From Mobula hypostoma (lineage: Eukaryota), in contig NC_086108.1 of NCBI RefSeq assembly GCF_963921235.1, positions 17,608,001-17,672,000 of the forward strand: a stretch of DNA of 64,000 bases. Reading direction: 5' to 3'. The notes under the pieces were generated by a model. The model was not told where the DNA came from and did not search any database. It saw only the letters and a list, made by a program, of their open reading frames with translations. How positions within the stretch are numbered: position 1 is the first letter of the stretch; every line of letters begins with the position of its first letter. The translations under genes were made by a program, and so were the position numbers. Positions 49,969 to 61,671 of this stretch are shown here, piece after piece.

Positions 49969-50874
49969 AAACTTTGTTAACCAAAAACTTTGATACCAAA
50001 AACTTTTTCAGATATATAAAGAATAAAAGAGAGGTGAGAGTTGATCTGAAAGTACCGGAAATCACTAGTGGAGTTCCACAGGGGTAGGTATTGGGATTGT
50101 TTTTTTAAACAGTATGTGTCATTGATTTGGATGACAGAATTGGTGGCTTTGTGGCTAAACTTGTGTACTATATGAAGAAAGGTGGAGAGGCAAGTAGCGT
50201 TGAGAAAGCAGTGAGTCCGCTGAAAGATTTAAACAGATTAGCAGAATAGGCAAAGAAATGCATAAATAAAATAGTGCAGGGATGCATGTGATCATGCACT
50301 GTAGTAGAAGGAATAAAGGCTAGACTATTTTCTAAATGGGGAAAAACATTCAGAAATCACAGGTGCAAAGGAACTGGGAAGTCCTTGTGAAGGATTCCCT
50401 AAAGGTAAACTTACAGGTTGTGTCAGTGGTAAGGAAGGCAAATACAATGTTAGCATTCATTTCAAGAGGACTAGAATATAACAGCAAGGATGTAACGCTG
50501 AGGCTTTATGAGGCATTGGTCAGACCACACTTGGAGTATAGTGAGCAGTTTTGGGCCCCTTATCTGATGAGCTGACATTAAATCTGGGCCTGTACTCACT
50601 GGAGTTTAGAAGGAAAGGGTTTCTATTAAAACCTACTGAATATTCAAAGGCCGAGACAGAATGGATAGGGAGAGGATGTTTCCTGTAGTGGGGGAGTCTA
50701 GGACCAGATGGTTCAAACTCAGAATAGAAGGAAAACCATTTAGAAAAGGGATGAGGAGGAACATTTTTTAGCCAGAAGGTGGTGAATCTGTGAAATTCAG
50801 TGCCAAAGACAGCTATGGAAGCCAAATCATTGGTTATACTTAAAGTAGAGATTGATAGGTTCTTGATTAACAAC

Positions 50875-53800
50875 TAACATAGAACAGTACAGCACAGTAC
50901 AGGCCCTTCGGCCCACAATGTTGTGCCGGCCATTAAACCCTGCCTCCCATATAACCCCCCCCCACCTTAAATTCCTCCATATACCTGTCCAGTAGTCTCT
51001 TAAGTTTCACTAGTGTATCTGCCTCCATCACTGACTCAGGCAGTGCATTCCACATACTAACCACTCTATAAGTAAAAAACCTTCCTCAAATATCCCCCTT
51101 GAACTTCCCAACCCTTACCTTAAAGCCACGTCCTCTTGTATTGAGCAGTGGTGCCCTGGGGAAGAGGCTGTCAGCTCTATCTATTCCTCTTAATATCTTG
51201 TACACCTCTATCATGTCTCCTCTCATCCTCCTTTTCTCCGGAGAGTAAAGCCCTAGCTCCCTTAATCTCTGATCATAATCCATACCCTCTAAACCAGGCA
51301 GCATCCTGGTAAATCTCCTCTGTACCCTTTCCAATGCTTCCACATCCTTCCTATAGATAGGCGACCAGAACTGGACACAGTACTCCAAGTGTGGCCTAAC
51401 CAGAGTTTTATAGAGCTGCACCATTACCTCGTGACTCTTAAACTCTATCCCTCGACTTATGAAAGCTAACACCCCATAAGCTTTCTTAACTACCCTATCC
51501 ATCTGTGAGGCAACTTTCAGGGATCTGTGGACATGTACCCCCCAGATCCCTCTGCTCCTCCACACTACTAAGTATCCTGCCATTTACTTTGTACTCTGCC
51601 TTGGAGTTTGTCCTTCCGAAGTGTACCACCTCACACTTCTCCGGGTTGAACTCCATCTGCCACTTCTCAGCCCACTTCTGCATCCTATCAATGTCTCTCT
51701 GCAATCTTCAACAATCCTCAATACTATCCACAACACCACCAACCTTTGTGTCATCTGCGAACTTGCCAACCCACCCTTCTACCCCCACATCCAGGTCGTT
51801 AATAAAAATCACGAAAAGTAGAGGTCCCAGAACCGATCCTTGTGGTACACCACTAGTCACAATCCTCCAATCTGAATTTACTCCCTCCACCACGACTCTC
51901 TGCTTTCTGCAGGCAAGCCAAATATGAATCCAGCTGGCCAAACTTACCTGGATCCCATGCCTTCTGACTTCCTGAATAAGCCTACTCTCCCTTAATATCA
52001 ACATGCTCCAGAACATCAACCTCACTCATATTGTCCTCACCATCATCAAGTTCCTTCTCATTGATGAATACTGAAGAGAAGTATTCATTCAAGACCTTGC
52101 TCACTTCCACAGCCTCCAGGCACATCTTCCCACCTTTATCTCTAATCAGTCGTATGTTCACTCCTGTCATCCTTCTGTTTTTCACATAATTGAAGAACGC
52201 CTTGGGGTTTTCCTTCACCCTACTCGCCAAGGCCTTCTCGTGCCCCCTTCTTGCTCTCCTCAGCCCCCTATATTCCTCAATAGACCCATCTGATCCTTGG
52301 TTCCTATACCTCATGTATGCTGCCTTCTTCCACCTGACTAGATTCTCCACCTCACTTGTCACCCATGGTTCCTTCACCCTACCATTCTTTATCTTCCTCA
52401 CCGGAACAAATTTATCCCTAACATCCTGCAAGAGATCCCTAAACATCGACCACATGTCCATAGTACATTTCCCTGCAAAAACATCATCTCAATGCACACC
52501 CGCAAGTTCTAGCCTTACAGCCTCATAATTTGCCCTTTCCCAATTAAAAATTTTCCTGTCCTTTCTGCTTCTTTCCTTTTCCATGATAATGTTAAAGGCC
52601 AGGGAGTGGTGGTCACTGTCCCCCAGATGCTCACCCACTGAGAGATCTGCGACCTGACCCAGTTTCTTACCTAATACTAGATCTAGTATGGCATTCCCCC
52701 TCGTCGGCCTGTCAACATACTGTGACAGGAATCCGTCCTGGACACACTTAACAAACTCTGCCCCGTCTAAACCATTAGAACTAATCAGGTGCCAATCAAT
52801 ATTAGGGAAGTTAAAGTCACCCATGATAACAACCCTGTTATTTTTCCACCTTTCCAAAATCTGCCTTCTATCTGCTCCTCGGTATCTCTGCTGCTACCAG
52901 GAGGCCTATAGAATACTCCCAATAGAGTAACTGCTCCCTTCCTGTTCCTGACTTCTACCCATATTGACCCAAAAGAGGATCCTGCTACACTACCTACCCT
53001 TTCTGTAGCTGTACTAGTATCCCTGACCAGTAATGTCACCCCTCCTCCCCTTTTTCCCCCTCTCTATCCCTTTCAATGCACTGAAATCCAGTAATATTGA
53101 GAATCCATTCCTACCCTGGTGCCAGCCAAGTCTCTGTAATGGCCATGTATTATAATTCATAATTCCATGTATGTATCCAAGCTCTCAGTTCATCACCTTT
53201 GTTCCTGATGCTTCTTGCATTGAAGTACACACACCTTAGCCCTTCTACCTTATTACCTTTACACCCTGTATTCTGTTTCCCTTTCCTCAAAGCCTCTTTA
53301 TATGTTAGATCTGGCTTTACTCCATGTACTATACTTGCAATTTTCTCATGACCTTTATCCTCATCCACCTCACTATCTGCTCTAATACTCTGATTCCCCC
53401 CCCCACCCCCGAAATCTAGTTTAAACCCCCCTGGAGCAGCACTAGCAAACTTTCCCGCAAGGATGTTAGTCCCCCTCCAGTTCAGGTGCAACCCGTCCCG
53501 TCGGAACAGGTCCCATCTTTCCTGGAACAAGGCCCAATTGTCCAGAAACATGAAGCCCTCCCTCCTGCACCAACTCCTTAGCCACGTATTTAGCTGCATT
53601 ACCTTCCTATTTCTAGCCTCACTAGCACGTGGCACGGGTAGCAATCCTGAGATTGCAACCCTGGAGGTCCTGTCCTTCAACTTTGCACCTAACTCCCTAA
53701 ATTCTCTTTGCAGGACCTCCTCCTACTTTCAATCCACGTCATTGGTCCCTACATGGATCATGACATCTGGCTGCTCACCCTCCGTCTTGAGAATACCAAG

Positions 53801-54345
53801 AACTCGATCCGAGATATCACGGACCCTGGTACCAGGGAGGCAACACACCATCCGGGATTTTCAATCTCTTCCACAGAACCCCTTATCTGTCCCCCTAACT
53901 GGACTGATCCTGACCCAGATCTGGGCCATATTCTCCAAATATCTGGACCTGCCTCGCAGATTTTTTGCACTACCTTACTTCCCATTTTTCTGTTTTCTCT
54001 TTACGATTTATAATTTAAATTGTTAATATTTACTAATTTTAACTATTTTTAATATCTTTAATATTTAATATTTGTAATCCAGGGACTGTGAAGCGCAGAA
54101 TCAAATATCGCTGTGATGATTGTACGTTTTAGTACCAATTGTTTGGTGACAATAAAGTATAAAGTAAAAAAAAAGTAACTATCCAATCCCCTGTCACTAC
54201 TGCTCTCCCTTTTTCCCTCCTTCCCTTCTGAGCTGAGGGTCCAGTCTCGGTGCCAGAGATGCAACCACTGCAACTTGTCCCTGGTAGGTCGTCCCCACCA
54301 ACAGTATCCAAAACGGTATACTTATTATTGATGGGAATGGCCACA
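50875..54345 (-). mobile_element. Young CR1 LINE of the same subfamily, with more of ORF1, a ~460-bp RT deletion and a nested Rex 3' end
   Basis: ORFs 53150-53680 (SGNH: ISGLLPVPR, DGLHLN), 52489-52857, 51982-52461, 51708-52025 and 51086-51583. The junction at ~51985 skips sequence present at ~47826-48284. Confidence 0.93.
53901..54175 (+). mobile_element. Rex1/Babar 3'UTR fragment nested in CR1 ORF1
   Basis: Closely matches 13978-14207 and is flanked by a TAACT duplication. Confidence 0.85.
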
Positions 54346-55479
54346 GTGAATAATAAGGGCATCAAATATCATGAGGAGAAGGCAGAAAAATGGGGTTGAA
54401 AAGGGATAATAAATCAGCCAAGGTGGAATGACAGAGCAGACTCAATTAGTCGATTGGTCCAATTCTATATAGTATGGATTGGAACCAGCTGCTGTGAGTT
54501 TGGGGATGGGGAGGGGTAGAGGGATTGGGAAGGGGAAGAGGGATGAGGAGGGGAGAGTAGGATTGGGGAGGAAAGTGTGGAATTGGGAAGGGTGTGATTA
54601 GAATAAGGGACAGTGCATTTGGAGACGAGAGTTGAACTGGGGAGGAGGAGGATTGGGAAGAGGAAGAGAGTTGAGGAGGGGAGAGTAGGATTAGAGAGGG
54701 AAGTGAGGATAGTGGATGGGTGGGATTGGGATGGAGAAATGGGAATCAAGTGTAGATGGGGAAGGGGATTTGCGTGCACTGTATCCTCACCCATTGTGAA
54801 CTCTGTACCATTGTTGCATTGACTAGGCTGCAATCCTTAGTGAAGACAGGTGCCCATCCAGTTGTTGAACAGTAACCAACATCCTCCCTCACCCCTTGAC
54901 ACTCTGTGAACACTGGAAAGGCAGTGCGCTCAGGCTGATCAGTCCCAGGCAACAATCTCAGCATTAGAAAGGTCAGCGCTGATGTTATACAGAGGGCTGT
55001 ACTCCCACTGCAATCATAGTGCTTTTCTCTGAATGTGCCAACCACTGTAACAGAGCAGCTTCTGTCTCACCCAAATGCTCTAATGCACATCAGGGAGAGA
55101 GAAGTCAGCAGGGAAATAGTGACGGTGAGGACTAAACAGGGCAATATTGATGGGCTGCCTCATTAATATTCATCACCTCCTACTGTTAGTGCTGTTGACC
55201 GGTGACAACATTAAACCAAGGCACAGACCTCCTACTCCTCTGGACACCAGACACTTGTGGAGATAAATATAAAATGGTTTCCCTGTTGTTAGACGACTGC
55301 AATTTTCATTTGAATGACACCTGAAATTCAAGCAAATGTTCCAAGATGGTCTGATAGAAAATTGCATTCGATAGTAAGAATATAAAAGAAATCTGGGCTA
55401 ATGAGCCAGTGATACCCACTTTACCCTCTGGTGAGGTCATGGCTGACCATTACCTCAGACTCATTTTAGTAGCTTCAAA

Positions 55480-56180
55480 AGTCATACTGCACAGAAACAG
55501 GCCTTTCAACCTAATTCATCTATGCCAACTAAGATGCTCTTCTGAGCTAGTCCCATTCACCTGCACTTGGCTCATATCCCTCTGAACCAGGGTTCCCAGC
55601 CTGGGGTTCACAGGCTCCTGGGTTAATGGTAAGGCTCCATGCATACAAAAGGTTGGAAACCTCTGCTCTAAGCCTTTCTGACCCATGTACCTGTCCAAAT
55701 GTCTTTAAAAAATTGTAATTGTACCCTCCTGGCAGCACATTCCATATCCCCACACCCTCTGTGTGAAAAAATTGCCCCTTGGATTCATTTAAAAATGTTC
55801 CTCTTTCATCTTAAACTTAAAGCCTTTAATTGTAGACTTCCCTACTCTGTGAAAAAGACTGTGATCTTCCACCTTATCTACTCACCTTGCGATTTTATAA
55901 ATCTCTATCAAGTTACACCTCAACATCCTGTGCTCCAGAAGAAAAAAGTCCCTGTCTATCCAGTATCTCCTTATAACTCAAGCCCTCTAGTCCCAGGAAT
56001 GTTGTTGAGAGGTTTTTCTGCACCCTTTCCAGCTTAATGACATCCTTCCTAAAAGACAACCAGAAACACACACAATACTCCAAGTGTTGTCTCATCAATG
56101 ATTTATACAGTTGTAACGTGATGTACCAACTTCTGTACTTAACACCCTGAATGATAAAATCAAGTATGCCAAATGCCTTA
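55480..56180 (-). mobile_element. CR1 3' fragment carrying a hAT MITE
   Basis: YRSWYITLQLYKSLMRQHLEYCV.FW...RKDVIKLERVQK. Confidence 0.8.
55588..55665. mobile_element. hAT (Charlie/MER5-like) MITE, 78 bp, same family as 10048-10122
   Basis: TIRs CAGGGTTCCCAGCCT / AGGTTGGAAACCTCTG. Degenerate TSD CTCTGAAC (55580-55587) / CTCTAAGC (55666-55673). Confidence 0.75.
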
Positions 56181-56354
56181 ACTACCCATCCACCCCTTCC
56201 CTTCACTAACCCCATTTTCTTAGATTTTCTCAATATCTATCAATTCTGTCTAGAATATACTACAGTAAATGGTCTCTAGCAGAGAGAATTCAAAAGGTTA
56301 ACTGTTCCATGGGTGGAGATTTTTTTTCCCATTTCAGTCCCTTATTTGAGGGAC

Positions 56355-56685
56355 TTGTGAGTGGCTTGTGGTAAAGCTGCTGCCTCACAGGTTTAATCCT
56401 GACCTTGGGCGCCGCCTGTATGGAGTTCGATGTTCTCCCTATAACCGCGTGAGACCCCCCCCCCCGCCACGTGCTCTGCTGTCCTCTCACATTCCAAAGA
56501 TGTGCACGTTTGTAGGTTAATTGGCCACTATAGTAGGTGAGTAGTAGAATCTGAGGGGAGTCAGTTAATGAGAATAGTGGGAGAATTAAAAGGGATTGTT
56601 GTGGGGTTAGTGTAAGAAGGCTGTTGATAGTCAGTGCAGACTTGGTAGACTGAAGGGCTTGTTTCCTTGCTGCATCTTTCCATGA
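56355..56685 (+). mobile_element. HE1/V-SINE-like SINE
   Basis: gtggtaaagctgctgcctcacag head, tgtatggagttc...ttctccct core, and ctgaagggcttgtttcc tail. Confidence 0.7.
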
Positions 56686-56754
56686 TGCAATGGTTGAGAC
56701 ATCCCATTCCATATCCAGCTTGAATGTGTAAGGTTGTATTTTGAATTTTGTATG

Positions 56755-57796
56755 TGTAATACCCTGGTTAAGGTTTCTACAGCTATTTTAGCAGTTTTCT
56801 GCAAAAGCAATGTGTCCTGCTAGTAAACAACAGGAATTCTGCAGATGCTGGAAATTCAAGCAACATACATCAAAGTTGCTGGTGAACGCAGCAGGCCAAG
56901 CAGCATCTATAGGAAGAGGCGCAGTCGACTGCGCCTCTTCCTATAGATGCTGCTTGGCCTGCTGCGTTCACCAGCAACTTTGATGTATGTTGTCCTGCTA
57001 GTAAGAGTGTTTTGGCTTCAGCTAAAAATAAGGAGCCATGTTGTCCAACTTAGGAATGTTGTGTCAGCCAACCAGAATTGTCTTGGGACATGTTCTAACT
57101 TTCTGCCCAGTGGGATGTGATGTAAGATTCAAAAGAGCTGGGCCTGATCAGATTTCTGAGACAGTTGGCTGGTTTGCAGTCGTTTGGTGGGAGCTGAAGA
57201 GAGAAGAGCACCAGGGAAGATGCTGCAGAATGCTGCTCAAGGGAGACGCCTCATTGTAAGAAGCTTTGTGCAGATGAATGGTCCCAAGGAGGAAGTGTCA
57301 GTCAGTGCTCCTGAGTTAGCCAGTTCATTCGAGATGGTCTTTGAGGGAAGTTCGAATTGTGGCTGATGTCTTTCACGCAGAACATGGGTTCAGTATGAGT
57401 AAAGCAACGCACTCGACTACTCCAGGACTGAGCTCCAATGTTTATTGGTTTAACTGTAATGTGTCCTTTTATCTTTCTTTTCTTTTCCTGTTCACTGTTT
57501 GATAAAGTTGAAAATGTGATAAGTATACTTTCTTCATAATTTTATGCTGGTGTACAGTCTGTCATTTCTTGGCGACTGATAATTGTGTATGGGCAGTATT
57601 TACACAGCATTCACTACAATCAATGTTCCTTAACTGGAACATCCTAATTTGCCTGCTTGGTTAATTCTAAATCATACCAACCCTAGATGTACTTTGCTTA
57701 TGAAAGGTGGCCTTCTCACCTTTGAGTCACCTCATGGTCAAGAGCAGAGCTAGCTAATGAGCTAAGTTTGTGTATGAGCCCAGTGAGAGGGTTGCA
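56755..57796. mobile_element. Solo LTR (Gypsy- or ERV-like)
   Basis: TG...CA termini (TGTAATACCC / GGGTTGCA) with an exact 4-bp TSD TATG at 56751-56754 and 57797-57800. No internal coding sequence. Confidence 0.75.
56827..56992. mobile_element. Young Penelope-type foldback insertion containing a perfect 132-bp palindrome (56861-56992)
   Basis: Two 66-bp arms are exact reverse complements centred on GTC|GAC. The direct repeat TGTCCTGCTAGTAA flanks it at 56813-56826 and 56991-57004. Confidence 0.9.
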
Positions 57797-58434
57797 TATG
57801 TGTCAGTGAAATCACCTCATTTTCTTTCCTAAACTCAAGAGGCTTTATGACCAAATCGAGATAATAGGACCACTGCGTCCCTCATATAATCAAGCAGCAT
57901 CAAAAAGTGGAAAGGAATTGTTTGACATTTTGTTTTTAGGTCTGCAGCAGGACTTCCACAGATCTTGGTTGACATGCTGAGTTCCTCTAGCAGTTTATTA
58001 TTTGCTCCAGCTTTCAGCACCTGAAGTCTCTTAAGTATCCACATTTTGTGCCTGGTCTGAATCTCTCATACAACAAATCTTCCAGCCCAGTGATAGCCTC
58101 CTGCCCCCTTACAAAGGCCTCCTGAAACCCTGGTTACACACATCGACTGGTTTACATTTATCTATTCTAACAACATTGACAAACACAATTTTCTTTTTGT
58201 AGTGTACATGACTCTGCCTAATTCTTTTATTATTGTCGAAATATCTGCTTACCACTTCTGTAATTGTTGTTTCTCTCTCCCTCTTCCTAAGCTGTGAAGT
58301 TATACTTGTAGATAAAGAGAACTGATCAGTCTTGATCTGACTGAATGATTCAGGTGCAGGGCATGATGAGAGAACAGGAATATGGTATAGTGAGAGATAG
58401 AATTTGAAGGGCTGAATATCCTCCTCCTGCTCCT

Positions 58435-58790
58435 AGAACACAGAACAGTACATCACAGGAACAGGCCCTCTGGCCCACAATGTTGTGCCAAACTAATGAC
58501 ACTTAAAATAATCTATTCTGAAAATCCATTTCCCTCTGTTCTTTGCATATTCATGTGCCTATCTATGAGTCTTTTGAAAACCTCGATTACGTGTGCCTCA
58601 CCACCACCCCTGGCAGTGCATTCCAGGCATCTCCCTTCCCTTTGTGTAAAATACTTGCTCCACTCATCTCCTCTGAATTTACTCCCCCTCACTTCAAATT
58701 CATGTCCTCTGGGAAAAGATTTTGGCCCTGGAGAAAAGATACTGGGATACTATATATGCCTCTCATCGCTTTGCAGATTTTGATCAGCTC
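58435..58790 (-). mobile_element. CR1 3' fragment
   Basis: agaacacagaacagtacatcacaggaacaggccc...ggcccacaatgttgtgcc CR1 3'UTR plus the end of ORF2. Confidence 0.75.
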
Positions 58791-59049
58791 TCCTGTTTCT
58801 ATGTTTTTGTGACAGGGTTAGGTTAAGTATTTGAGCAAATAAACCTTACTCCAAGGTTTTCCCTATTTTGTTTGATAATGTGAATGTATGTCACCATATT
58901 TCCATGGTGGTGAGATTTGTTTATTGGGGTCACTTGTGCACCTACTGTAGAGACCTGACCTCATTTCAGAGCAGATCCGAGGAAGTCACTGTCAGTGATA
59001 TCTACTTCAAGAGAAGATGGTAAACTGACCACAAAAGTTAAAAAAATGA

Positions 59050-59200
59050 AATTTGAAATAAAAATAGAAAATGCAAAAAAGATTCAGCAGGTCAGGCAGC
59101 ATCTCTGGAGGGAAACAGTTAACATTTCAGGTCAGTTCTGATGAACATTAACTCTGTATTTATCTCTCCATAGCTGCTGTCTGATCTGTTGACTGTTGGA
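59050..59200. repeat. Old Penelope-type foldback repeat
   Basis: cagcaggtcaggcagcatctctggag ... ttCTGATGAac ... ctccatagctgctgtctgatctgttg. Confidence 0.55.
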
Positions 59201-59889
59201 AGTGGCTTATATTGTTAATCCAAAACCCTGACACCCTCCTGCACTGGTCCATCAAAGATGAGGAAGGGTCCAGGGTTTTAGTTAGAACAATAGGGGAGGC
59301 AGCAACTGACTGGAAAAGATTCAGGAAGGCTGAGCTAATGCTGAGGTAATTGTTCATCAATCTGCTGCCGTGGTGGAATGGGTGGGGGGGGGGTGGAAAT
59401 CACCCTGAACGGTCAGTGGGGAGATACTGAACAAAGGGGTGTGCACATGAACAGCCTTCTCAGAGGTAAGTTAAAATAAAGGACTCTGGCTCAAGCCATA
59501 GAATTTCATCCCATGACACTTCAGATGCTAATAATCTGCTGGATGACTCAAGAATCAGAACAATGTCACAGCACAAGTGGATCAGTTAGAGAAAGTTCAT
59601 GGCTTGGAAAACATTACCATGAAACATAATTTGCAAGGAAACAATTGCCCTGTTAAGAAAGTCACATTACATCATCAGCTGCAATGCTGTATCCTCGCTC
59701 TGCTACAGAGAGTCACTGATTTGGTTCCAAACTACAACATTCAGTCTGTAGGAGGTTGAAAGGATTCTGACAGAGGTCTAGAGCACCAGATGGATCAGTG
59801 CTCCTCATTGGAGCCAAGGAGCAGGCTCAAAATGTGGACACCATGTTTAAATCTGATTGGGATACAGACTGAAGTGTTTCCACTTCGTT

Positions 59890-60180
59890 ATGAACTGGTT
59901 GCATCATGGTCTGGTATGGCGATTCCTGTGTTCAAAAATATAAGAAGCTGCAGAGAGTAGTGGACTCAGCCAAATATATTACAAGAACTTGCCTCCCCAC
60001 AATCCTTGATCCCTACGTGAGACACTGCCTCAAGAAGGCAATGTCTGTCATCAAAGATCTGCACCATCAGACCATGCCATCTTCTCATAGCAACCATCAG
60101 GTAGGAGGTACATAAGTCCCATATATGAGATTAAAGAGCAGCTAGCTTCAACCATTTGATTCTTGAACACATATGCACAA
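59890..60180 (+). mobile_element. Rex1/Babar 3' fragment
   Basis: GCIMVWYG....YKKLQRVVDSAKYIT...CLKKAMSVIKD. Confidence 0.75.
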
Positions 60181-60567
60181 CTCTCATCACTACCTCAGTA
60201 TAGCAACATGATGACAACTTTTCACTCCAGAGTACTTTGCTGTTTTTTGTTTTATTTGTGACCTAACTCGATGTTTGGATGACAGTTTACGTGCCAGATT
60301 GAATTGAGGCAGCGGGATCTAGGCCCCAGAGCACATCGAAATGACTGAAACCTGATGTTTGGACGACGATTTAAGTGCTGAGTCAGATTGAAAAAGTCAA
60401 GGTGTTGGGGTCTAAGGTGAGAGACGGGCCAGTTCAGCTCGCTGCTCCGTTCTGCACAGAACTAAGAGTCTGAGGACAGACACTCTTTGTGGACTTCAGT
60501 TCAGAATGCTATTTGCTTGCCTTTAATGTCTGTATGATTCTTTTTTCTCTCTGTACATCGGGTGTTT

Positions 60568-60910
60568 AGACAATAGACAAGAGGTGCAGGAGTAGGCCAT
60601 TCAGCCCTTCGAGCCAGCACCACCATTCACTGTGATCATGGCTGATCATCCGCAATCAGTACCTTTATCCTGCCTTCTCCCCATATCCCTTCACTCTGCT
60701 ATCTTTAAGAGCTCTATCTAACTCTTTTTTGAAAGAATCCAGAGAATTGGCCTCCAATGCCCTCTGAGGCAGAGCATTCCACAGAACCACAACCCTCTGT
60801 GTGAAAAAGTTTTTCCTCAACTCCGATCTAAATTGTCTACCCCTTATTCTTAAACTGTGGCCTCTGGTTCCGGACTCCCCCAACATCGGGAACATGTTTC
60901 CTGCCTCTAG
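60568..60910 (-). mobile_element. CR1 3' fragment (young)
   Basis: MFPMLGESGTRGHSLRIRGRQFRSELRKNFFTQRVV.LWNALPQ. Confidence 0.88.
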
Positions 60911-61671
60911 GTGTTTGACAGTCTTTTTATAAAAAATGGTTCTTTTGGTTTTCCTTCTTTTGTGCCTGTATGTTAGGAGATGAATCTCAAAATTGTATAA
61001 TGTATATATACTTTGATAATAAATGTACTTAGAACTTCTGAACTTTGAGCTTTGTGTTCTTTTTGTATAATTTATATTTTTCTTGTGAATGTTGTGTGTC
61101 CAGATGCTGTGACCTGTGATGCTGCTGGAAGTAAGTTTTCTAATGCATTCGCGCATAAATATATTTGTGCATATAACAATATTTTCAACTTTAACTTTGG
61201 TCCCTTCATAAACTTCTGATGCCCTTGGACCGTATTGTAGAAATTGTTGGTTAAGATTTCAGGATCAAGGAATCAGCACAGAAACTGACCTTTCATCCCA
61301 ATGCAGTCAAGCCAACTTTTTTGCCCATCTACACCAATGTCATTTGCCTGTTTTCGGAGACGATGCTTCTATGCCTTGCTTATTCATGCCCGACCGAATG
61401 CCCTTTAAATACAGTAATTATACCCAATTCCAGCTCCTTCTTGAAGTTCCAGATATCAACCATGCTCTGTGTAAATAGCTTGTTTCATGAAAATATGCCT
61501 TGAATTTTAGGCCACAGAAACTGACTATCAAGTTGGTGTTGTGGGAGAACTTGCTACCCATTTTATCTCACATGCTAGCACATCCCCTGTGCATTTTGCT
61601 CTCACATATTCAGCAAATTTTTTTCTCACACTACTCTACATTGGGCTGTGTGCTAAGAAGTTTCCATAACA

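Larger units (their letters stand above)
45596..54470 (+). mobile_element. Older CR1 host element in three pieces (45596-46725, ~49975-50872, ~54350-54470)
   Basis: The pieces are colinear: LKVLYLNVRII.NK (APE), then TKNFFRYIKNKRE, KANTMLAFISRGLEY, ...IDRFLI|NKGIK and the 3'UTR. Confidence 0.8.
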
